This document shows, piece after piece, positions 41,446-52,787 of a stretch of 64,000 bases of DNA (the stretch's first letter is position 1; each line of letters begins with the position of its first letter). Source of the DNA: Nemertoderma westbladi (Eukaryota > Animalia > Xenacoelomorpha); NCBI GenBank assembly GCA_032718475.1, contig JAUCBJ010001578.1:6487-70486 (forward strand). Reading direction: 5' to 3'. The translations under genes and the position numbers were made by a program. Under the pieces are notes generated by a model. It saw only the letters and a program-made list of their open reading frames with translations, made no database searches and had not been told where the DNA came from.

Positions 41446-43972
41446 TTAATGTGTAGTTCGGGATAACTCTGTATTGCATAGGTCGGTATAGTACTGTATT
41501 TCATTGTTATAGCTTACTATAGGTCGGTGTTGTTAGTATTGGTGAACAATATTTAGACTTGAAAAATATCGCGAGTAAAAATATCGAGAGTAAAAATATC
41601 GCAAGATGAAAAATATCGAAAATATCGCGAGTAAAATACATTTTTATGGTAGCTAGTGTACGATTATAAAATTTTTTATTTTTTAAATAAGGGGGATTGA
41701 TAATTCCAATTGATGTATTATTATAGTAGACAGATATATGTTCATGAGACAGGGAGGGGGTGGGGGGGGGGGGGGAATTTTCATGAATACCAGCTGCTAT
41801 TTTATCATGGCGTCTATGGGACATTTAGTATATGTATATATTTCTCGATACCAGGGGCTTAAGGTGAGCTGAGACTGACAGACAGAAACAAGGTTTCAAT
41901 AGTGCATCTCTTATCTAAGCTTGATAACTTCGTGGTTCGCCCCACTCCACTACTGCCCTTGCTTGGATCCACAGAATTAATGTACAAATCATCTCCAATT
42001 GCATTAATTGCAATATAATTCAATTAACCGCAATTTATCGCCGGATTTATTAAAGTAGAGGTCCAGTAATCCAGTAAAATAATATCATAATAATATACAC
42101 AAATAATTATTACACGCACAAACCAATATTATCATTATTATCATATAAAAATAAATATATAGAAAATAAATACACACAATTAATTATGCACAATATACAG
42201 GGATAAATAGCCGTACTCATGTTTTGAAAGCTGAGTGGCTTTGTTCACTGTGAGAGACCGAAGGTGGCCCAATCGACCAATAGGAGCCAATTCAATAGGC
42301 CTCACCTCCCCACCACCTATCGAACTGGGTCCGCATCGAGCGATGATGCGAAAGTATCCTAAAGGGTCAATTTAGGCCAGAGCTTTAGGGTTAACATCAA
42401 CAACCCATGTGAACCCAGCATGGGTTCACGGGTCAACACTCTCTTCGATCACAATCGGGGCAAAGCATTAACAACTCGAACCAAAGGCGTGGTTCGAAAT
42501 TAAGCTTAGGCCAACCAATAACAATACAAGTCATGCAACGGAAAATTTTGACCACTATATTATGTGGTGTTAAATCTCTTAAAAAAAATATTTATTAAAA
42601 AGGCTTCCGCTGCAAAACCTGCATGCTACAGATTAGAGTAACCAACCTCTCCGCCACAGTGAAATCAGGGCACACAGTACTACACAAGGGTCGCCAATGG
42701 CCGGTGAGGTAAAGGCTTTTCCCAACAGAGCTGTTATAATTTCATTACCCTTGGATATTCCCGTGTACGCCAAACACACATTGAAACGATAATAAATTAT
42801 ATCAAATATAATCAGAATCGTTTCAAACTCACTTAACATGAATGAAGGTATCCACATGTAAATGAAAGATTACTATCTGAAATGGTAATATTTCTGGAAA
42901 ACAATTGGTTGGTGGTTGGATGCCTTACACTTGATCAACATTATATCTTAGACCCCTCTTGTATTTCTGCTGACAATCTTTGTAAAATATAACTAATTTT
43001 TGTTAAACTAAATTGAAAATCCACATAAAATTATAAATTTCAATATTATTTACATTTAATTTTAGAAAATTAATCATAACCTTCAAAAGTTCTGGTTATT
43101 TTATTGCCTGCAGTTGCCGGTACCGGTCTCTGTAAATACTACAATTTAAATTATAATTAGTTTTTCTTAAACGGTGACTGGGAAAACATGTTGTTGTCCG
43201 GTAACAAAATAAACAGACATACTTTATCAAATGCCGCGATGTAAAACTTTGTTGTTTTTATTTACACGAAGCTGTAATAGAATTACCCCCCCCCCCCCGC
43301 CCCCCCATTACCGTCAAATAAATATTCTGTAATTCAGCTTTAAAAAAACTTGTCAAATTAATGTGAATAGATTGTATTTAATGTTACTGTCGTGTAACAA
43401 TTGATGTATAAATTTCGGAAAGAAATGCGGTATCTTCAATTAGGTGAAGCCAATAATAAGTTAAGTTCAAGTGTAAAACTAATCCAACCAAAAACCGATA
43501 ATATAAGTATCGAAAAAGGAATATGTTATATTCTTGTTTTTTAATTCTCAAATTGTACTAAAATTCTTAGTAATCAGTTTGTAATGGATGGTTTCATTCA
43601 TATAAAAGTGAGATATAATACACTGCCTCGCCCCGGCACGACAAGGAGTGTTCTACAGTAAATGCACCAAAATAATATCAAAACTTACAAATACGACACA
43701 TATTATATTAGGCCATATATACACGTGGCAATATATATGCCATATACAATAATATGTCGCAATTCGTAAGAATACAATACGTTAATTAAAATAAATATAA
43801 TAATTAGGATTTGGCCTCCCCTACTCCCCTACAGCCAATCCCATGAAATTCCCATTCCCGTGTTGAAGTTTCTGACTTACTATTATCCGGCAGCCAGTTT
43901 GATTTCGGACAGTATGCTTGTTTCCATGGTAACGCGTAATAGAACCACGGAGACAGCCCCTTTGGGTCCCCG

Positions 43973-45744
43973 TTATAGCAGGAACTCGTTGGGTAACTGC
44001 CCGGCCACGGACTTTATCCGATCTATTTCAGCCAACTGTTCGGCCGTGGGCTTACACCGGCGCCGGATGGTTTCATCGATCGGGAATAGTAAGTACAGTC
44101 CCTTCTTTAAGCGAACTCTAGAGAACCCCACATAGGATCCTTGGCCGTTAAAGCCACTGAAGCGCTCCGCATCCCATTGCCGAATGATTAGGACAATAAG
44201 TGTCAGACCTTGGACTTTGTATACAGTTAACGAATACGCTGGAGACATGGGTATCTGACGCATATTCGTTATGCGGAATTGTAGGTGTTGACCAAGTTTA
44301 ATCGATATACCCTTAATGACGATTGGTGACAGTGGGAAATAACCATCAGGGATGTTTGGAAATGAAATAGGGCACTTGGTAAACATGGGTTCCAGAATAA
44401 CAAAGTCAGGTAGACAGGATGCGCGCTTCACCATCTTGAGATGCCCGGGAGCATACGGTTCATCGGTAAATGTCGTACCATGGGGAAACTGAACTCCTCT
44501 GACGAACGCCAAAGTTCCGTTAGCTACGCCAAGTTCCACCGCAACGTTAGAACTGACCATAACTGGCATGTCGAGGAAAATATCTAACAACGGTGGAAGG
44601 CCATCACATTGGTCATCGCGTATGTATTTCATGATGCCTGGAAGTCCGCCAGTCATTACTGCCTGAATACGAACAATATCCAGTCCCATAGCCCCAACAA
44701 GTTTACTGTTGATAGCTACACGGCAGGCATTGGTAGAAACAACAACGGGGGCGAATGATCCAATTACCTCGTTCAAATGATCTGGAATTTAACAAAAATA
44801 CAAAATTTGATGAAGTGTAACTGATTCATGTAAACGATTCGCGCAAAATACTTCGAAATAAGAAGTATTATTTTTCTAGAATATTAATTTTATATCATAT
44901 TAATAAATAGCTAATATACGCTAGAACAATAAGGACATTTTGTATTCTCAAAGTTATCATATTCTAGCTTATTTGGCAGAGCGCAGGACCATTGGCTATT
45001 ATTTAGGGTTCGAGACCCAACGACAGCAGTATATTTTTTTGTAAATCCATTATTTGATTTTATATAATTATTACAAATAATATGGGTTAATACGTGCAGT
45101 GCAGACCCTGATAATAATTGAATATCGGTCAATTAAAATTAGAGGTAAAAATAGCTTTTTTCTAATACTTTTTTCTCATCGAAGAAAATTAATTAAAATA
45201 ATTTCATTAATAGTATTTTTGCATTTCTACCAATTTTTGGGGTATATTAGAGCGAAAATATAACAATTAAATAATAAAGTAATTTTTAACAAAATTAGTG
45301 GTCTGTCCTTCTGTTTCCCATAATAAATATTAGAAAACTCAGTCCAAGGCTTTTTACCAGTCTACAAAACGGTTGTTCAATTAACATACCTGCATCGGTA
45401 ACGACTCTTTCATTGATAGAGTCAATGCTTTCTGCAGACCAAACGCCTTGGTGAGCATCGGAAAGTATATTTCCCCATTCAGGGTCATCAATATGACGCC
45501 AATTCTTCTTAAGTTCGATGATAACATCAAACTTCAACCATAACTCCCTTCCAGATAGCTTCTCAAGTGTGGGGCAATCTGCGAGTGTCGCATGTACTCT
45601 AGTCAATGGTGTGGAGCAGACGCTAGGTAGCTGTAGAAAGTCCCCACAACAGACAACATGGAAACCGCCAAAGATGGATTCCTTCTCATCCGATATTTTG
45701 CATAAGGTAGAGTTAATCTTTTCGAAGAGATTTGCTCCCACCAT
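43973..45744 (-). pseudogene. Second Pif1-family helicase remnant (Helentron/Helitron2-like), lacking Walker A; exons ~45744-45390 and 44781-43973
   Basis: MVGANLF..FGGFHVVCCGDFLQLPSV..LW..ELKKNWRH; STN; MPVMVSSNVAVELGVANGT; RQIPMSPAYSLTVYKVQGLTL; YVGFSRV. A phase-1 GT-AG intron joins the two ORFs in frame. Confidence 0.82.
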
Positions 45745-48700
45745 TGGGCGCGGACTCTGACACACGATATCTCGTACTGTGCGTTATCTTGCAGACTCCC
45801 AGGCACTCCTCTATAGAAACCGGCAACAAGTCCGTCAATAGTTGAGTAAATGGTTAGCGCAGCGACGCCCTCGGGCGATGGTAAACCTTGGGCATCCCGC
45901 GCGTGGGAGTCGAACAGGAAGAACGAAGAGTCAGAGTCTCTACCGATCATCACCGTTATATCGAATGACGTTAGAATGGCGAGATCGGTACGCAGGAAGG
46001 CTTGGGTAACTCCCTGCAGTAAGTTACCATATCCTGGGATAGGATTGGGCGCCCCAGCAATGAGATCCAAAACCGTGAACTCAGCCTTGAGATCCTTGGC
46101 AGTAAACGTCGCTGGAATATCGCGGTGTTGCAAAGCCAGTGGAGATTGTCTAAAAGTTAATAAGTCACAATAATAATAATAAAAAGATTTATTAAAATTT
46201 TCTTTACATGTGGGGCGAGCCACGAAGTTGGCGGAGCCTTAGCGAATTGACACTGTTAGGGGGTGGGTCAATTTATGCAAATAGTTGTCGTCGTCGTCGT
46301 CGTTGTCGTCGTCGTCGTCGTCGTTGTCGTCGTCGTTACGATTTTGACATGCTAATAACTTTGTCGGATTTAAAGCTGCCAAGTTGAAAATTTGTAGGTA
46401 TCAATATGAGCAAAAGTTGAGATTTTTGAGAGACTTTCAGACACCATCAGTGCAATGGTCTCCCGCTAGAGGGCCACATGTCTAAACATTAAATGGCCAC
46501 CCATTCCTTTGCTTTTAATCCGTTTAAGCTGAAACTTGGGAAGTATGTACTAGACCATTAGCTGTAAATTTCAAAGGAGGCTAATCTGTCTGCAGTTCTC
46601 CAGTCTGCCGCTAGAGGGCGAAATGTCCCGAATGTGAAATTATTCTTCCATTTAGTTGTTTATGATCTGATTACGCTGAAACTTGTCATATATGTACTAG
46701 ATGACATCCTGAGTCTTTGTGTGGATTGTAATCGGTCCGAAGTTTTCCAGACTCCCGCTAGAGGGCCACATGTCTAAACATTAAATGGCCACCCATTCCT
46801 TTGCTTTTAATCCGTTTAAGCTGAAACTTGGGAAGTATGTACTAGACCATTAGCTGTAAATTTCAAAGGAGGCTAATCTGTCTGCAGTTCTCCAGTCTGC
46901 CGCTAGAGGGCGAAATGTCCCGAATGTGAAATTATTCTTCCATTTAGTTGTTTATGATCTGATTACGCTGAAACTTGTCATATATGTACTAGATGACATC
47001 CTGAGTCTTTGTGTGGATTGTAATCGGTCCGAAGTTTTCCAGACTCCCGCTAGAGGGCCACATGTCTAAACATTAAATGGCCACCCATTTCTTTGCTTTT
47101 AATCCGTTTAAGCTGAAACTTGGGAAGTATGTACTAGACCATTAGCTGTAAATTTCAAAGGAGGCTATTCTGTCTGCAGTTCTCCAGTCTGCCGCTAGAG
47201 GGCGAAATGTCCCGAATGTGAAATTATTCTTCCATTTAGTTGTTTATGATCTGATTACGCTGAAACTTGTCATATATGTACTAGAAGACATCCTAAGTCT
47301 TTGTGTGTACAGTAATCGGTCCGGAGTTTTCGAGTCTGCCGCTAGAGGGCGAAATGTAGGAAAGTGATAACCTTCGCGAATTCCTTGATCTTAATCTATT
47401 TAAGCTGAATTTTGGAATATACAGGACCGGTATGTACTAGACCACATGCCTCGTCTTTGTGAGGAAGGTGATCGATCCGTAGTTCTTTAATATGCCGCTA
47501 GAGGGCTAAATGTATGAAAGTGAAAACCTTCCAACATTTCGTTATTTATGATCCGTCAATCGGAAACTTGGTAGATATGTAATAGACCATAGGCTGTGGC
47601 TTTGTAGGGAAACTAATCCTTCCTTCTTCAGTTACCCAGTCTCCCGCTAGAGGGTTAACGTTTTCCGGGAAAATCTTCTCCTATGTTTTTATAATCCTTT
47701 TGAGTTGATACTTAGCATTAACTCATTTCACGTGCTGCGCGAAGGCCCCACTTCGTGTTGCCCTTACCACCATGAGAATATTCATGTTGTGCGGCCGCCT
47801 TGCATGTTAAGAGTTGTTTACCTTGATTCATTTTTTACCACGACACAATTTTGGTGTTATTTTTTTGATAAAAATGACCAAAAAACCACACACGTATCAA
47901 AGAAACGTCAAGAAACTCTGTCTGCGGAAATAATTTGATATTATTATTTTACGAAATTTAAAGTCAAAATAATTGTACTTTAGTAAATGTTTTTCCCGTT
48001 TGGGTTTGAAAAAGTCATTATAAAAAATATGGCGGATTCGAACTCGGTACTTCTGCTTAACAGTCATCACATCAACTAATTTAGCTACCGGTACATGGTC
48101 ACATATTGTAGTGTTTTATTGACCAAAAACCACAGGTGCAAACTGCTCAAACAATTATTTAACAAACTGCCATACTAACAATGTAGTAATTAAAAATAAG
48201 GTTTTGCTCTTTGCAAACCCATATTTGACATCATTGCACTAGATACTACTGAGTCCTTTAGTTAGATACATCAATGCTCCTCTAATAAAGAATACGGTAC
48301 ATCACTTCCTCCAAGCATTGAATTACTTGTAACTTCCTACAACAACCATGTTGCTTCTGGTTTATATTTACTTATTACATTATACTTACTTTCACACATT
48401 CACAGGGTGAAAAACCAGAACATTTTTTCCAAATATTTTTTAACCAGATCAAATTTGAGAGTTTATGTTAAGTGTATCAGAACTCCACACCGCAACGGAT
48501 TTTTTGGGCTGATAAACATTGTGAAATATTATTGTGGGGAACTGAGAACCCAAAAGTGTTAATATTTCCTGAATGACTACTATAAGTAATGAAACACTCA
48601 CGAAAGTTGTTGATAAAGTTGATCTCCCCCAGTGACAATATAATCAACTATCTCACTACTCCATATAACCGGGTTGGTTACAGCGGCCATTCCAGCAGCG

Positions 48701-49703
48701 AAAGCGGCAACGGCAGTGCATTGAACCCCACGAGAGGATACCGGAAATCGTTCGTCACCTGTGAGAAAATTATATTTTGTAGGAATTAACTTTCGTATAA
48801 TACCAGAAATACTTAACTGCTTAATTCAGACACAAGTTCAAGGACATTGTGTTTGTTTACATTACCGATATACCGGTAGGTATAGTTTATATATTTAGAT
48901 AATGTCACGCGCCATAAAATCAAAACAATACCGAAATAAACAAATGTAAATGCTATTTGTGTCGGTTGGTTGAATGGTTAGGTTTACAGACAGTTGATTT
49001 AAAAGAAAAAGTTTATTTAAAACGCAATTGCTTTATTCCCGCCTTAAAACGCAACTGCGTAACTTGTCAGTCATTGCGAAAAACAAAATGTTTATAATAT
49101 CTGAATAATGTCTGTATGTGTATAAGTATTCATCTTGGTGCAATGCAGACTGTATAACACTGTAACAGAACGTGCGTATATTACATTACTTACAGTCAGT
49201 ACGTACATTACCTTCATATTATCATATTGAAATTTAATTTTAATGTTCGACGAGCAAATAATAAACTAACCTTGGTGAAAGGTACCAGCGATACGAATAG
49301 CGGTGGTCGTGATGCTGGTACCGGGAGTGGATCGCCCTCTTCTGGGAACCATAGCGATCGAAGAAATTCCAGTGGCGGAACGGTTGGCGGTAGCAGGTAG
49401 AGGCCTGCCGTCTCCCGCCACTGGAATTGCGGAGCCGTCGAAACTGGTTGGCATAGCGACGCCCGGACCCGCCACCGCGGCCCCGCCATTAGTAGCGGGA
49501 GCAGAAGCTTCTCCTACAGATGCAGTACTGGTGTATCCACCAGTGCTGCATCTCAACCTACCACTGTCTACACCGGACAGTTGAGAAACTTCGTCGACTC
49601 CCGCTACTCCGACGTCCCGCCGCGGCAGCGATGGAGAAGGTGGATCCGGAAGCTCCTTGCGAACGGCATTGAAGTTAAACTTAGTCCGTTTTTTCGGGGG
49701 CAT
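45603..49703 (-). CDS. Three-exon herpesvirus-tegument-type (peptidase C76-like) cysteine protease/deubiquitinase, ~378 aa; exons 49703-49271, 48758-48602, 46149-45603
   Basis: GT-AG introns (phases 1, 2) give AGTFHQG-DERFPVSSRGVQCTAV...WSSEIVDYIVTGGDQLY...FFLFDSHARDAQGLPSPEGVA; QC nucleophile and FDSH dyad present; N-terminal MPPKKRTK is NLS-like. Confidence 0.78.
46209..47758 (-). mobile_element. Family D element, inverted copy, in intron 2 of the protease gene
   Basis: Reverse complement of 28924-30196 with one additional ~292 bp dimer. Confidence 0.8.
48028..48092 (-). other. Possible decayed tRNA-derived SINE head
   Basis: Minus strand has A-box-like TAGCTAAATTAG and B-box GAGTTCGAATCC at tRNA-like spacing; no full cloverleaf. 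Confidence 0.3.
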
Positions 49704-50329
49704 TATATATAAGGATGATAGGGAAGTAAAAATATATTGAAGTTGGTGTAACGGTAATGGTAAAGCAAATCTAACTAACTCCAGAACTCGCTGTCGAAAG
49801 CAATCAATAAAACCAAAAAGCATAAACAGTTAGCAATAACAGAAATTAACACAAATAATAGATCACAGGATCAGCATATAGACCTATAGCATATACAGAT
49901 ATACCGGTACCTATATAATCAGAGAATAGGTCTATGAGTCAGCCAGTAACAGCCTACAGCAGTATAGTATAGGCCTATCAGCCTATAGCTGTATAGCGTA
50001 TAGGTCATAGGCTGATAGGTCTGTCTGTCTGTAGGTTACCGTATGGTAATTTAGGCTAATAAGGCACCCACAGTCAATCAGCATGTACAAGTACTGAAGT
50101 AGGACTACCGTACCGCTACTGTACTTGTTGCATTTGTCTTTATTAAGGTTTTCCGTCTCTGTATCCTTATTTTCATTTCACCTGTTCACCCTCCCACAAC
50201 TTTCGTTCGTTTAAGTAACAACTCGGATTAGTGCAGCTGCAGTATTATAGATAACCGAATAAACTACAGGTACTGTACGTACAGTATATGGCTGTATGGT
50301 ATAACAGGCAGATTTTATGTTTTATACCA

Positions 50330-50632
50330 GTCAGCCCGGCTGCCCGGTGCAGCTTTGAAGAGCCGGTGGAAGATTTTTCCACCCGGCTGCCCGGTGCAGC
50401 ATTTTGCATTGCACAGAGCCGGCGCAGGATTTTTGCATCTGGCATGGGTGTGGGTTTGCACAGAGCCGGCGCAGGATTTTTCAGGTTTTTTGCACCCGGC
50501 GTGGTTTTGCACAGAGCAGTAGAGCCGGCGCAGGATTTTTGGCACCCAGCGTGGTTTTGCTCAGAGCCGGCGCAGGACTTTTGGCACCCGGCGCCGCGTT
50601 CGGCGCAGAAAATAAAACTTTTCAATAGGGCG
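50330..50632. repeat. Cluster of GC-rich ~20-40 bp repeats, possibly a DNA transposon subterminal region
   Basis: agagccggcgcagga(t)tttt four times plus cccggctgcccggtgcagc twice. Confidence 0.55.
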
Positions 50633-51427
50633 TACCGGTCAGTCGGTAGCAGTACAGCAGTAGCAGAGTCTGACAGCGGTACATCCTGACATCAGTACAT
50701 ACTGACATACATACATAACTCTATACTGCTGTACTGCTATAGCTGTATAGGCTGATAGGCTAATACAGTTAATTAATAGGCCTAACCAACAAAATTCAGA
50801 ATCAGCCATCAACAATCTGACTATCAGACTGTCAGACTTGCAGTTATGGACTGTGGCATATGCAATTACCTGATTACGGCTGTATGGCAGTATGGTACCG
50901 GATTGAGCACCAGCCTGCCAGCACCTGAATGTTAACTAAATTAGGACAGGAAAACGTATGACGTCACTTGCCACGTGTAAATATTGCAGCAGTAATCTGG
51001 GAATACAGAATACAGTAATATTTCTACAGTCAACTCTCAACTGTACAGTACACTATCAGACTATACATACTTATGTAACTAAGAATCATCATCTGGACGG
51101 CAGTCCTTGGGGCTTAACCTAATAATATTATATCTTTAGTTCATGGCAGCCAGCATGGGGGGAGAAACTATTAGCTTTTGCCATTCTAACCAATTTTATC
51201 ACTGTATCAAAGTAAAGTAAATAATAATTAGATCAGTTTATCATCTGATTTGAATGTCAATGACGCCGACGCCAATCCATAGTAGAGTATTACTGTATTA
51301 ACTTTGTATATTTTAAAGGCAGTGATTTTTTATGTCCTTTTATTTGACTTTTTTTGTCATTTTTTATTTACGAATTATGCATAATGACTTTTGTTGTCCA
51401 TTTAATGACTTTTATTGTCCTTTTATT

Positions 51428-51600
51428 GCCCAGGGCGCATCTCTGCCTTGCATCCTTAAGTGGTAGCTAAATGAGTACTAGAGTTTCCTCTGGGGAGTAA
51501 AGTTCTGGGGGGACCGCACTGGAAATAAGTCGTCAGACTTTGTGCGTAATCCCTGGCCTAGCGGCCGAAGAAAATTTACTTTACTTTACTTTTATTACTT
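51428..51600 (+). mobile_element. 5'-truncated SINE, Deu/Nin-domain-like, with (TTTAC)n tail
   Basis: gccttgcatcctt...taaatgagtac core, then ctggaaataagt and a tttac repeat tail; family assignment from memory of consensus. Confidence 0.5.
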
Positions 51601-51849
51601 TTAATGACTTTTTATGTATGTATTTCTTCAAACTGTCAGACTGCTGATTTCTGGACTGTCAGACAGTTGATTTCACTATGCCTGTGCCAAAACATTTCAT
51701 GATTCCATGATTTATAGACTATGAGATAGATTTCCATATGTGCCTGTGGTAAAAAGACTCTATATTTAATAGTTTGTGGTTGTTGTCGATAATCGATTAC
51801 CACATGACGTAACAAAACACTCATTTTATAGCCAAAAACAATTACCAAT

Positions 51850-52487
51850 TGATGGAAAGGAGCAGGTTAAGGCCGAGTTTTCTAACCAAAACAATAAACA
51901 GTCACTTTACCAAATCAGGGAAAGGAGCAGGTTACAGAGACGGGATTTTCTAACCAAAACAATAAACGATCACTTAACTAATTGAGGGAAAGGAGCAGGT
52001 TACAGAGGCGGGATTTTCTAACCAAAACAATAAACGATCACTTAACTTATTGAGGGAAAGGAGCAGGTTACAGAGGCGGGATTTTCTAACCAAAACAATA
52101 AACGATCATTTAACTAATTGAGGGAAAGGGACAGGTTACAGGGGCGGAATTTTCTAACCAAAACAATAAACAATCACTTAACTAATTGAGGGAAAGGGGC
52201 AGGTTACAGAGGCGGGATTTTCTAACCAAAACAATAAACGATCATTTAACTAATTGAGGGAAAGGGGCAGGTTACAGAGGCGGGCCTTTCTAACCAAAAC
52301 AATAAACGGTCACTTTACCAATTCAGGGAAAGGAGCAGGTTACAGAGGCGGGATTTTCTAACCAAAACAATAAACGATAATTTAACTAATTGAGGGAAAG
52401 GGGCAAGTTACAGAGGCGGGATTTTCTAACCAAAACAATAAACGATCATTTAACTAATTGAGGGAAAGGAGCAGGTTACAGAGACGA
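51850..52487. repeat. 68 bp minisatellite, ~9 copies
   Basis: Unit tgagggaaaggagcaggttacagaggcgggattttctaaccaaaacaataaacgatcacttaactaat. Confidence 0.95.
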
Positions 52488-52787
52488 TAAAACTAATACA
52501 GTAATAGGCCTAAATTATGTGAAAGGTATATCCACATTTTAAAAATCCTGCAATCCAGTTTGGCCTATCAATTATTTAAAATTTATTAGCACAACCGGTA
52601 GGCCTACCATTACCGTATTTAAATGGTAGGCTACACAGTAGGCCTATAGCAGTACCGGTGCCGGTACCGGTACTAAAATACAGAAATACTTTATACCTAC
52701 ATCTGTACATACAATACAGCAAAATAGTGCTATATATACTAATCTCCACAGTCTCCACAGTATTAATGTTTGGCATTAATGTAGCCA

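Noticed and set aside
42633-42857. Possible additional exon
   Set aside because: No recognisable motif and no phase-compatible partner exon found.
32131-45744. Host PIF1 gene
   Set aside because: Both helicases are truncated or frameshifted, have Helitron/Helentron-type motifs and sit among rolling-circle elements.
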